DNA of 64,000 bases from an uncultured Oligoflexales bacterium (GTDB lineage Bacteria > Bdellovibrionota_B > Oligoflexia > Oligoflexales > CAZZCU01). Location of the stretch: the NCBI GenBank assembly GCA_964652825.1, contig CAZZCU010000002.1, positions 149,070 to 213,069 on the forward strand. The letters are read 5' to 3'. Position numbers and translations under genes: made by a program. The notes under the pieces are model-generated. The model saw nothing but the letters and a program-made list of their open reading frames with translations. It ran no database searches and had not been told where the DNA came from. The number at the start of each line of letters is the position of its first letter. Within the stretch, counting starts at the first letter, position 1. This document shows, one piece after another, positions 19,537 through 28,162 of this stretch.

Positions 19537-19896
19537 CTAATAATCATCATCGTCATTATCCTCGTCATCGCCGACTTCGCCTAAAATTCCGTCGTCCGGA
19601 TCAAGGTAATCGTCGTCGTCAAAGCTGAAATCCTCATCCACTTTGTCCGTCGCGACGACTTCTTCATCGTCCTCTTCGACCGCCTCGTCGTCGTCCTCAC
19701 TATCCTCATCGCCAGCATGAGCATGGAACTCCTCTTCCTCGTCCTGGTCCATTTCTTCAACCAGGTACTTGTCGGCTTCCAGTCCATGACGATTCTCAAG
19801 CCAGTCTTTAGCGGTGTCCTCGTCCGCAAACCCGGCTTTTACAATCTTACCTGTATCAACGCGATAGATTTTCCAAAGAGACAAGCGCAACCTCAC
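19537..19896 (-). CDS. Small hyper-acidic protein (structured N-terminal ~45 aa plus D/E-rich tail)
   Basis: 119 aa. 42 of the last 73 residues are D or E (…DEEEEFHAHAGDEDSEDDDEAVEEDDEE…DDEDNDDDDY). It has its own terminator. Confidence 0.6.
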   Translation of the reverse strand: MRLRLSLWKIYRVDTGKIVKAGFADEDTAKDWLENRHGLEADKYLVEEMDQDEEEEFHAHAGDEDSEDDDEAVEEDDEEVVATDKVDEDFSFDDDDYLDPDDGILGEVGDDEDNDDDDY

Positions 19897-20046
19897 CTAC
19901 TAGAAATATCAGATACGTCTGTCATATTAAAACTTTCTGCCTGGATCGATCAAGGGGTCCCCGACAGTTTTTCCAAAACCCCATGGACAGATTTTTGGTG
20001 CTTAGTTATATAGCAGGGATCTCAGGCCCTGGAGTCCATAGAAACC

Positions 20047-20778
20047 ATGCATGCCAAGCATTTTAGCCGCACAACCCCGATTCATCACGCATGCGCCGTG
20101 GTGCTGCTTCTGCTTTGGCCCCTGCCCGCCAAGGCGTCTCAGGTTGAGTTTGGACCGGTGATCGGTGGCGGCAATACGGATGATCCGGCGACGGTCGTAC
20201 GTCATGTCAGCGGTTTTCGCTTACAAGCTGCGCCCTATCAATGGTCCTGGAGTGGTCGCAGGGTGCAGATCGCGCCTCTCATCGGCGCGCAATACCTGCT
20301 CGTCAATACACGCACCTATACCGGCGAGCCGCAAACCATCACCGCCGCCTATGCTCAAAGCCTGATTCTTGGCGGCATGCAAGCCATCTATCCGCTGCCG
20401 GGGGACACCTCGGGGCGTGTTTATCTGGCGGCGACCACGGGCTTTGGCCAAGGCAAACTAAATCTATATCAGGCAAATAACGCGCACTTCACGGAAGCCA
20501 CCTTTGATCGCCTGCCTAGCCGCTTATACAGTGCCGAACTTGGCATCACCGGTAAATTACGTGAACGTGTGAGTGTCTTTGCCAGCGCTGCCGCCGTGAC
20601 CTTGACGACCGATCAAAGACAAATTAGTGGAATGCAAAAAAATGCGACAAACACGCCGGAAAACAGCCGTCTGAATCTAAGCACGGCGGCAACCACCACT
20701 GCTGCCAGCGGCCTGCCAGATTATTCCCGCCAACAACTCTGGACCATTAGCGCCGGTACTATCATGGAGTTTTTTTAA
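20047..20778 (+). CDS. Predicted outer-membrane beta-barrel protein
   Basis: Signal peptide ...LLLLWPLPAKA|SQ, alternating beta-strand pattern, and C-terminal ...GTIMEFF (terminal Phe). Confidence 0.5.
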   Translation: MHAKHFSRTTPIHHACAVVLLLLWPLPAKASQVEFGPVIGGGNTDDPATVVRHVSGFRLQAAPYQWSWSGRRVQIAPLIGAQYLLVNTRTYTGEPQTITAAYAQSLILGGMQAIYPLPGDTSGRVYLAATTGFGQGKLNLYQANNAHFTEATFDRLPSRLYSAELGITGKLRERVSVFASAAAVTLTTDQRQISGMQKNATNTPENSRLNLSTAATTTAASGLPDYSRQQLWTISAGTIMEFF

Positions 20779-20850
20779 AACCACTTGAATACATTAGTTG
20801 GCTCGCTCCCGTTAAGTTTCAGGTTTTATAACCGAGAAGTTTAGAAGACG

Positions 20851-20866
20851 TTTTTTTTTGGGGGGG
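20851..20866 (+). repeat. Adjacent homopolymer tracts T9 and G7 in the RBS position of the downstream gene
   Basis: TTTTTTTTTGGGGGGG at 20851-20866, ending 4 nt before GTG 20871. Confidence 0.9.
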
Positions 20867-20870
20867 TATC

Positions 20871-21728
20871 GTGAGGTATAGTCAATTATTGATATCCTTC
20901 AGGTCAATCTCAATTATTATAAGTTTGACATGCTTGTTGTTTGCTGGCTGCACTGGCGATGACAAGAAAACCTCGACGTCTGATATTGAAAATCTTCTCC
21001 CTTTTGACCCATCTGACATCACCCAGCACAGCTATGATTCTGAGACCGATATATTGTACCTAACCATCCAACATGAAGCATGCAATCGAAACATTAAAAT
21101 CGACTTGGCTATTGAACCGATTTGCGGTGAGACCTCTCCTTTGCAGTGTCAAGCCACGCTTGTGAGTCAGGCTCCGGACTATTCATGCGATCATGAGGCT
21201 CCCGTCAGTACAAATATCGAAGTCTCAATGAAGCAAATTAAAGAGAGACCTGCATCACTCAACATACGAGGCAAGAGTAAAGCACTGGTGACGATTCTTT
21301 TGCCACCATTAGGCGAACTAAAGCGCCTAGATAGCGAAATTGAAGATCTATTTTATAAACTGACGAAATTTTCCACAACGGCAACACACTCTTCTCATAC
21401 CTCCTGCACCAAGGATAGCGACTGCGCGTCCGTGCCTTGGTCAACCAAATACGCGCCACTTAGCCGTTGCAATAGTTACTGGCGAACATGCATGGGATTC
21501 TCCGACAAGAATAGCAGTCCCGATTGTGCGCCCAACGGAGTATTGGTCAATCAGACAACAAAAGAAACTCTGGAACAGTTTTATGGCAACGAAAACGCCA
21601 AAGCACTTTGTGACAGCGCAGCTGAACTACGTTGGGCATCTTGCAATCATGTTTCTTTGATTGGATGCGCTGGGTCGGGAGGTACACCAACCTGCATCGA
21701 TAGCCTTTGTACATGGGTCAACAAGTGA
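20871..21728 (+). CDS. Cys-rich lipoprotein, function unknown (low-GC gene)
   Basis: Lipobox LLFAG|C and 16 Cys in 285 aa. A hand count gives ~40% GC over 20871-21120, against ~55% at 20041-20100. GTG start. Confidence 0.6.
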   Translation: MRYSQLLISFRSISIIISLTCLLFAGCTGDDKKTSTSDIENLLPFDPSDITQHSYDSETDILYLTIQHEACNRNIKIDLAIEPICGETSPLQCQATLVSQAPDYSCDHEAPVSTNIEVSMKQIKERPASLNIRGKSKALVTILLPPLGELKRLDSEIEDLFYKLTKFSTTATHSSHTSCTKDSDCASVPWSTKYAPLSRCNSYWRTCMGFSDKNSSPDCAPNGVLVNQTTKETLEQFYGNENAKALCDSAAELRWASCNHVSLIGCAGSGGTPTCIDSLCTWVNK

Positions 21729-21752
21729 GATGATGACCTCATTTTAAGCCCA

Positions 21753-22247
21753 TTACACCGATACCGGCTGACCCAACTTCAGAATCACATCCCATTCCGC
21801 TTTCGTTACCGGTTGCACAGATAAACGCATACCGCGTTTAAGAACCAACATGTTTGCCAGACTTTTTTGGGCGCGCAAGGCATCCAGCGAGAGGAAATTT
21901 TTAAAACGTGCCTGCGCCTGCACATCCACCTTGACCCAGCGCGAGACGCCGTCCTTATAAGATTTTTCGTCGAAGTATTCGCTGTTCTTATCGAGGGCAA
22001 GCTCATCGGGATATGCTTCGCGCACCACCCGCGCCGTCCCGACTATCCCCGCCGGCTCAGCGTTGCTGTGATAGAGCAACACCATGTCCCCGATCTTGAA
22101 ATCATCACGCATGAAATTGCGCGCCTGATAATTGCGCACGCCATCCCAGCCGGTGGTTCTCTTAGACGCCTTCAGCAGGTCGTCAAAAGAAAAAACCTCG
22201 GGCTCGGTTTTCATCAACCAATAATTTGTCGCTTTACTATCAGCCAT
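21753..22247 (-). CDS. EVE (PUA-like) domain protein
   Basis: MADSKATNYWLMKTEPEVFSFDDLL...GWDGVRNYQARNFMRD is the canonical EVE/DUF55 N-terminus. I prefer ATG 22247 over track start 22280. Confidence 0.8.
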   Translation of the reverse strand: MADSKATNYWLMKTEPEVFSFDDLLKASKRTTGWDGVRNYQARNFMRDDFKIGDMVLLYHSNAEPAGIVGTARVVREAYPDELALDKNSEYFDEKSYKDGVSRWVKVDVQAQARFKNFLSLDALRAQKSLANMLVLKRGMRLSVQPVTKAEWDVILKLGQPVSV

Positions 22248-22289
22248 GCAGCAAGCATCAACATTCAAAAAACGCAGCAAGCACTAAGC

Positions 22290-23579
22290 TTACTTGCGTT
22301 TCTCAATCGGAGTGTAATCAACTTTGTTGTTGCCGGTGTAGATTTGCCGCGGCCGACCAATGCGTTGCTCATTCGACTCGATCATTTCGTTCCACTGCGC
22401 GATCCAGCCCGGCAAGCGACCCAGGGCAAACATCACCGTGAACATATTCGTCGGAATACCGATAGCGCGATAGATCAAACCAGAATAGAAATCGACGTTT
22501 GGATAAAGCTTGCGCTCAACGAAATACGGATCTTTAAGCGCGACTTCTTCAAGACGCTTGGCAATATCAAGCAACTCATCATTTTGTCCCATCTTCGACA
22601 AAACTTTATCCGCGGCACGCTTAATGATCTGCGCGCGTGGATCGTAGTTTTTGTAAACGCGATGACCAAAACCCATCAGACGGAAGTTGCTGTTCTTGTC
22701 TTTCGCCAACGCTACGGCTTTGGCGACATCACCACCGTTCTTTTTGATCTCCTCCAGCATCTCGATTACTTCCTGATTGGCGCCGCCATGCTTTGGTCCC
22801 CAAAGCGCGCAAATTCCTGCGGCGATCGCCGCAAATAAGTTGGCATCGCTGGAGCCCACCAGACGCACCGTCGAGGTCGAGCAGTTTTGTTCATGATCCG
22901 CATGCAAAATCAGCAGCATGTTCAAAACTTTGACGAGATCCTCGTCAACTTCATACGGCTCTGAGGGCACAGCGAACATCATGTACAGGAAGTTCGCCAC
23001 GTAATTGAGATGATTCTGCGGATAAATCACCGGCTGGCCGATGGATTTTTTATAGGAGTAGGCGGCAATGGTGCGCACCTTCGACAAAACCCGTGGGATC
23101 AAATTCGCACGATGATCTTTGTCCCATGGATTCAAATAATCCGGATAATAGCTCGACAGCGAACACACCATGGAAGACAGGATTGCCATTGGATGCGCTG
23201 TCGATGGCAAGCCGTCGTAAAAATGCAACATATCTTCATGAATCAAGGAATGCCGCGTCAACAGGTGACGAAAAGTCGTCAGTTCTTCCGACGTCGGCAA
23301 CTTGCCGTAAATCAGCAAATAAGAGGTTTCAACAAAGGTTGATTTTTCGGCGAGTTGTTCGATCGGAATACCGCGATAGCGCAAGATACCCGCTTCACCA
23401 TCAATGAAGGTGATTGCGCTTTTGCACGATCCGGAATTACCATAGCCGGGATCGAGCGTGATGTATCCGGATTCAGCGCGCAGCTTCTGGATATCGATGG
23501 CTTTCTCACCTTCGCTACCCATAAGAATAGGCAACTTGTAGGTCTTGCCTTCCACTTTGAGTTCTGCAAAATCAGCCAT
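22290..23579 (-). CDS. gltA: Citrate synthase
   Basis: GFGHRVYKNYDPRA signature with full-length similarity pattern. ATG 23579 is preceded by a G-rich RBS. Confidence 0.95.
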   Translation of the reverse strand: MADFAELKVEGKTYKLPILMGSEGEKAIDIQKLRAESGYITLDPGYGNSGSCKSAITFIDGEAGILRYRGIPIEQLAEKSTFVETSYLLIYGKLPTSEELTTFRHLLTRHSLIHEDMLHFYDGLPSTAHPMAILSSMVCSLSSYYPDYLNPWDKDHRANLIPRVLSKVRTIAAYSYKKSIGQPVIYPQNHLNYVANFLYMMFAVPSEPYEVDEDLVKVLNMLLILHADHEQNCSTSTVRLVGSSDANLFAAIAAGICALWGPKHGGANQEVIEMLEEIKKNGGDVAKAVALAKDKNSNFRLMGFGHRVYKNYDPRAQIIKRAADKVLSKMGQNDELLDIAKRLEEVALKDPYFVERKLYPNVDFYSGLIYRAIGIPTNMFTVMFALGRLPGWIAQWNEMIESNEQRIGRPRQIYTGNNKVDYTPIEKRK

Positions 23580-23722
23580 GTAATAACCCCCCGCAACCTG
23601 CGAAACCAAAAGATTTATTACACTTTATACAAATCATGCCTTTTAAGCAAACCAGCAGCTTCAGATTTTTTTTAGCTTTCAGATGAGGTAGGTTGGGTGC
23701 CTTCACGGAGGATTTATCCACA

Positions 23723-26467
23723 ATGGCTGCTAAACGCCTATTCATTATCGATGCCATGGCCATGGCGTTTCGCAACTATCACGCTTTTGGCGCCCGCCCG
23801 CTCACAACCTCAAGCGGCATGCCGGTTTCAGCGATTTTTGGCAGCAGTCAATTCATGCTGAGTCTGATTGATAAGGAAAAACCGGACTATCTGGTGGTCG
23901 CCACTGACTCGCGCGAACCCACTTTTCGCCACGAGCTTTATGAAAAGTATAAGGCTAACCGCACCGAGATGCCCGAAGATCTCGCTGTGCAAATACCCTA
24001 TTTATTCCGCTTGTTCTCGGCCTTTGGTTGCAAACTTTTGAAGCAACCAGGCATGGAAGCCGACGATCTTATCGGCAGTCTGGTGCGCCAAATGTCCGGA
24101 CCCGATCTGAAATGCTATATCGTTTCGGGCGACAAAGATTTCATGCAGTTGGTGGATGACAATATACTGTTATACGCACCCAAAAAGGGCGAAGACGCCA
24201 AGATTATCGATGCCGCCGGCGTGCACGAAAAATTCGGCTGTACGCCAGCGCAGGTTATCGATGTTCTCGCTCTGATCGGCGATTCATCTGACAATGTTCC
24301 GGGCGTACCCGGCATCGGCGAAAAATCCGCCGCCACCTTGATCGCTAAGTATCACACCCTCGAAAACATCTACGAGCATCTTGACGACATTGCCAATGCT
24401 CGACAGCGCGAGAGCTTGCGCGCCAATCGCGAGCAGGCTTTTTTGTCGCGACAACTGGTCACCATCAATACCGAAATACCGCTGGAGTTCGGTCTTGCTG
24501 ATCTTGCCTGCACCACTCACAGCACGCAGCAACGACAACAATTACTCGCCTTCTTTCAGGAACTGGAATTTCGCGCTCTCACCAACAAAATCGCCAACCT
24601 CCTGGCCAACAACACCGAGGCGACGGCCGCGACATCAGAAGCAGCAACTTACGTGACCAATATTAATTACCGATTGGTGCGGGATGCCGAGAGTTTCGCA
24701 ACTCTGCTGGCGGAATTGAACGCCGCTCCAGTTTTCGCCTTTGATACCGAAACCACCGGCTTGGATAAAATCAACAGCCGACCGATCGGCATCAGCTTTG
24801 CGACCAAAACCGATCACGCCTGGTACGTGCCGCTGGTCGAGCAACATGGTCAAACTATGAGTCCAGCCACCATCTTTGGGGCATTGACACCGGTGTTTGC
24901 TGATTCCACGAAATTAAAAATCGCACACAATCTGAAGTTCGATCTGCAGATGCTGCTAAATATCGGCGTTGGCATTGCCTGGCCGATTGCTGACACCATG
25001 ATCGCCAGCTATGTTGTTGACGCCAGCACGCGCGAACACGGTCTGGATGCCCTGTCGCTCAAGGTATTCAACCACAAAAAAATCCCCACCCGCGATCTGA
25101 TCGGCAAAAAAGGCGACATTCCCATGCTCGAAGCGCCGATTGACTTGCTGACCCAATACGCCTGCGAAGACGCCGATTTTACTTTGCGATTGTGGGATCA
25201 TTTTCAACCGGCACTCAAAGAGTTAGGTCTCGAAAAATTGTTTTACGACATCGAAATGCCACTGGTGCCCATCCTCGCCGAAATGGAGCAACTCGGTATC
25301 TATGTCGACACCCAAATTCTCGCGGAAATCTCGCTACTACTGCAGCAGCGCATAACGATACTCACCGCGGAAATTTATGAAATCGCTGGTGAGGAGTTTA
25401 ATATCAACTCCCCCAAGCAGCTCGGCCCTATTATGTTCGAGAAGTTGCGCATTCATGATCAGCTGGGCATTACTCGCATCAAAAAAACCAAATCCGGCTA
25501 TTCCACCGATGTCTCGGTGCTGGAGAAACTCGCGGCCCACCCGCTGGCCAAAGCGCTTCTTGATTTTCGGACTGTTACCAAACTTAAAGGCACCTATGTG
25601 GATGCCTTGCCGTTGCTGATTAATCCAACCACCAAACGTCTGCACACCAATTTTCATCAGACCGGAACCACCACCGGTCGTTTAAGTTCCAACGATCCCA
25701 ATTTACAAAATATTCCCATACGCTCGGAAATGGGCCGTGAAATCCGCAAGGCATTCCGCGCCGAGACTACCGATTCGGTCATTATCTCGGCCGACTACTC
25801 CCAGGTCGAATTGCGCCTGCTCGCGCACATTGCCGGCGAAGCCGCTCTGGTCGAGGCATTTAAGCGGGGCGAAGATATTCACACCGCTACCGCCGCACGT
25901 ATCTTCGGCGTGGATGCCGGAGCTGTCAGCGGTGAGTTGCGCTCGCGGGCCAAAGCCATCAACTTTGGCATCATCTATGGCATGGGTCCGATGCGTCTGG
26001 CTCGCGAGACCGGCGTGAGCATGGCCGAAGCCAAGAGTTTCATCGAAAAATACTTCGCGAGTTATCCCAAAATCGAAGCTTATATTGAGACCGCTATCCA
26101 AAGTGCGCGCGAACGCGGCTACACGATGACGATCACCGGGCGCCGGCGACCTTTACCCGAACTCAACTCCAAAGATCAGATGGTGCTGGCGAATGCCGAG
26201 AACATCGCCGTCAACTCGCCGGTGCAGGGCAGTGCCGCCGATCTGATCAAAATCGCCATGATCAAAATCAACAACAAATTGGCGGCGAGCCAATTACATG
26301 CCAAGATGTTGTTACAGGTTCATGACGAGCTGGTCTTTGAATGCCCGCGCCACGAGGCGAATGATGTTACCGGCTTGATCAAGGAAGCCATGGAGAGCGC
26401 CATGGCTTTGAACGTACCTTTGGTTGTGGAAGTCGGTATTGGCGATAATTGGTTAGAGGCGCACTGA
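23723..26467 (+). CDS. polA: DNA polymerase I
   Basis: 5'-nuclease domain (LFIIDAMAMAFRNYHAF), 3'-5' exonuclease domain (FAFDTETTGLD), and polymerase motifs (DYSQVELRLLAH, QVHDELVFE). RBS GGAGGA at 23707-23712 before ATG 23723. Confidence 0.95.
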   Translation: MAAKRLFIIDAMAMAFRNYHAFGARPLTTSSGMPVSAIFGSSQFMLSLIDKEKPDYLVVATDSREPTFRHELYEKYKANRTEMPEDLAVQIPYLFRLFSAFGCKLLKQPGMEADDLIGSLVRQMSGPDLKCYIVSGDKDFMQLVDDNILLYAPKKGEDAKIIDAAGVHEKFGCTPAQVIDVLALIGDSSDNVPGVPGIGEKSAATLIAKYHTLENIYEHLDDIANARQRESLRANREQAFLSRQLVTINTEIPLEFGLADLACTTHSTQQRQQLLAFFQELEFRALTNKIANLLANNTEATAATSEAATYVTNINYRLVRDAESFATLLAELNAAPVFAFDTETTGLDKINSRPIGISFATKTDHAWYVPLVEQHGQTMSPATIFGALTPVFADSTKLKIAHNLKFDLQMLLNIGVGIAWPIADTMIASYVVDASTREHGLDALSLKVFNHKKIPTRDLIGKKGDIPMLEAPIDLLTQYACEDADFTLRLWDHFQPALKELGLEKLFYDIEMPLVPILAEMEQLGIYVDTQILAEISLLLQQRITILTAEIYEIAGEEFNINSPKQLGPIMFEKLRIHDQLGITRIKKTKSGYSTDVSVLEKLAAHPLAKALLDFRTVTKLKGTYVDALPLLINPTTKRLHTNFHQTGTTTGRLSSNDPNLQNIPIRSEMGREIRKAFRAETTDSVIISADYSQVELRLLAHIAGEAALVEAFKRGEDIHTATAARIFGVDAGAVSGELRSRAKAINFGIIYGMGPMRLARETGVSMAEAKSFIEKYFASYPKIEAYIETAIQSARERGYTMTITGRRRPLPELNSKDQMVLANAENIAVNSPVQGSAADLIKIAMIKINNKLAASQLHAKMLLQVHDELVFECPRHEANDVTGLIKEAMESAMALNVPLVVEVGIGDNWLEAH

Positions 26468-26468
26468 C

Positions 26469-27269
26469 GTGCATGATGCAATGAGCAATAAGACCGAAGA
26501 AAAATCATCCGCGGAAGAAAAGTTAATCAGTGACGGCAAAGTCATGTCGTTATGGGAACACCTCGATGAGTTGCGACGCAGGCTTTTTAAGTCAGCGCTG
26601 ATCATCACCGTGCTTTTTTTCGCAGCCTTTGCTTACGCCAATCCGATTCTGAATTTTCTCAAGCAACCACTGCTCAACGCGTTGCCGCCAAATGTCAACG
26701 CCTTGCATTTTACCGGACCTATGGATGTATTCATGGCTAACATTAAGGTCGCTTTTTTAACCTCGATACTTTTTGGTTGCCCGGTGTGGATTTTTCAAAT
26801 CTGGAAATTTGTCGAGCCGGCGCTTTATCCCAGCGAACGACGCTACGTTATGCCATTTGCCACAGCTTCCATTCTGCTGTTTTTCGCCGGCGTGGCTTTT
26901 TGTTATTGGGTGATGGTGCCGATCGCACTCGAATTTTTTATCGGCATGGGCATGGAAGTCGGAGTGCCCATCATCACCATCGGCGATTACCTGTCAATGC
27001 TGAGCGCTTTGTTGATCGGTTTTGGAGCGGTCTTTGAAACACCGGTTATTCTCTTACTACTAGGCACTCTTGGTATCATTGATGCCGACATGTTATCGAC
27101 GCATCGCAACGTCGTCATCGTCGTGATCCTGATTATCGCGGCGGTTCTGACACCACCTGATGTCATCTCCCAGATCATCATGGCGATACCAATGTATATT
27201 ATGTACGAAGCCTCAATCGTCATTATGCGTTGGCAACAAAGAAGCGCAAATAAATCAAAAAAGGCTTAG
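26469..27269 (+). CDS. tatC: Twin-arginine translocase subunit TatC
   Basis: MSLWEHLDELRRRLFKSALII... with six TM segments typical of TatC. The start is GTG 26469 or in-frame ATG 26481. It begins 1 nt after the polA stop. Confidence 0.9.
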   Translation: MHDAMSNKTEEKSSAEEKLISDGKVMSLWEHLDELRRRLFKSALIITVLFFAAFAYANPILNFLKQPLLNALPPNVNALHFTGPMDVFMANIKVAFLTSILFGCPVWIFQIWKFVEPALYPSERRYVMPFATASILLFFAGVAFCYWVMVPIALEFFIGMGMEVGVPIITIGDYLSMLSALLIGFGAVFETPVILLLLGTLGIIDADMLSTHRNVVIVVILIIAAVLTPPDVISQIIMAIPMYIMYEASIVIMRWQQRSANKSKKA

Positions 27270-27272
27270 CTG

Positions 27273-28025
27273 ATGCGCTGGTTGTTGCGAACAAGCATGC
27301 TCCTGTTCTTGTTGATTGGACTTGCACACCCGAATGCCGTCGCTGAAGAGGTAAGCACCACTGATAACAAGACGATGATTCGCAGTCGGGTATGGAGTTT
27401 CTCCTTAACCGGCAAACGCCATTCCTGGAAATCCAATCAGAATAATGAATTACTGGGCAACGTCGCTGAAGTTCAGATCGCCAACGGCTATCTCGATCGC
27501 AGCTGGTATGTCATGGCTTCCATAGATATTATTCTCGGACCCTACGCCCCCTCGCGTGGGCGGCAGGCGAATCTTGATTATTACGGCACCGGCTTTACCG
27601 CCTGGTGGGGCTTCAGCACTCAGGTCGGCGATCTGCGTTCCAAAGACGACGGTTATGGATTTGCTCTGGGCTTGAATTATGCCGATATCGTCGGCAGGAA
27701 CAATAGCGTCGGTGAGAAGCAACTCGGCAATCGCACCGAGAAGATCACATCCTATCAAACACGTGTCGCGAGCATCTCGCTGATGCCAGCGATTTTCTTT
27801 TGCTGGCTCAACGAAGGACGACCTGTCGGCAACAAACCGGAACTGCTGTCGACACGCATCGAAGGCTACATCCTACTCGCCGGCCTGGCCTTACCGATCG
27901 ATGCGCGCTATCAATCCAGATACGAATACACCGATAGCGGCGGCAACCATTTTACCGGCCGCGAAAAAGGCCGTTTCAAAGGCTACAGCGTCTTCGTCTC
28001 TCTGCAAACTTTGCTGGGTATTTAA
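27273..28025 (+). CDS. Secreted protein, probable outer-membrane beta-barrel
   Basis: Signal peptide ...IGLAHPNAVA|EE, with Gly/aromatic-rich alternating strands. No motif recognised. Confidence 0.4.
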   Translation: MRWLLRTSMLLFLLIGLAHPNAVAEEVSTTDNKTMIRSRVWSFSLTGKRHSWKSNQNNELLGNVAEVQIANGYLDRSWYVMASIDIILGPYAPSRGRQANLDYYGTGFTAWWGFSTQVGDLRSKDDGYGFALGLNYADIVGRNNSVGEKQLGNRTEKITSYQTRVASISLMPAIFFCWLNEGRPVGNKPELLSTRIEGYILLAGLALPIDARYQSRYEYTDSGGNHFTGREKGRFKGYSVFVSLQTLLGI

Positions 28026-28133
28026 GGAACAAATAAAGGGACACACGACTGAAGGGACAAATAAAGGGACACACGACTGAACCCGATCTCTTGTTTAAGA
28101 TCGGGTTCAGTCGTGTGTCCCTTTATTTGTTCC
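28026..28133. repeat. Composite element: 28-bp tandem duplication plus a ~33-36-bp-stem inverted repeat
   Basis: Copy 1 is GGAACAAATAAAGGGACACACGACTGAA (28026-28053) and copy 2 is GGGACAAATAAAGGGACACACGACTGAA (28054-28081). Copy 2 plus CCCGATCT pairs with 28098-28133 across an 8-nt loop (CTTGTTTA). The element starts right after the stop at 28023-28025. Confidence 0.9.
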
Positions 28134-28152
28134 CACCGCGTACAGCGGTGGG
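28132..28152 (-). terminator. GC-rich hairpin downstream of the S8 protease gene (terminator candidate, no U-tract)
   Basis: CCCACCGC (28132-28139), loop GTACA, GCGGTGGG (28145-28152), 10 nt from the protease stop (28163-28165). Confidence 0.35.
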
Positions 28153-28162
28153 GAGCAGTTTC

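Noticed and set aside
19581-19829. An 82-aa Lys/Arg-rich ORF in an alternative minus-strand frame inside the acidic-protein gene
   Set aside because: Frame-shifted reading of repeated GAT/GAC/GAA/GAG codons automatically gives a basic, Thr/Arg/Lys-rich product. It has no independent start signals and is treated as a by-product of the D/E-codon repeats.
20871-21728. The low-GC lipoprotein gene considered as part of a genomic island
   Set aside because: It is a single gene with no flanking direct repeats, tRNA, integrase or other foreign-looking genes. Only the compositional anomaly is reported.
21867-22838. A 323-aa plus-strand ORF
   Set aside because: It runs antisense across both the EVE-domain gene and the 3' part of gltA and spans their intergenic gap. 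Its translation is a motif-free Arg/His/Ile-rich shadow of two well-supported genes.
28026-28081. The 28-bp tandem repeat considered as a CRISPR array
   Set aside because: There are only two directly abutting copies with no spacers and no cas genes. The units form the arm of a long hairpin instead.
28026-28133. The long inverted repeat considered as an integron attC site or as IS/MITE termini
   Set aside because: There is no integrase or transposase in the window. The ends do not fit the attC R''/R' (RYYYAAC/GTTRRRY) consensus, and no target-site duplication is evident. A MITE/REP-like nature cannot be excluded without genome-wide copy counts, so it is kept as a finding but not called a mobile element.
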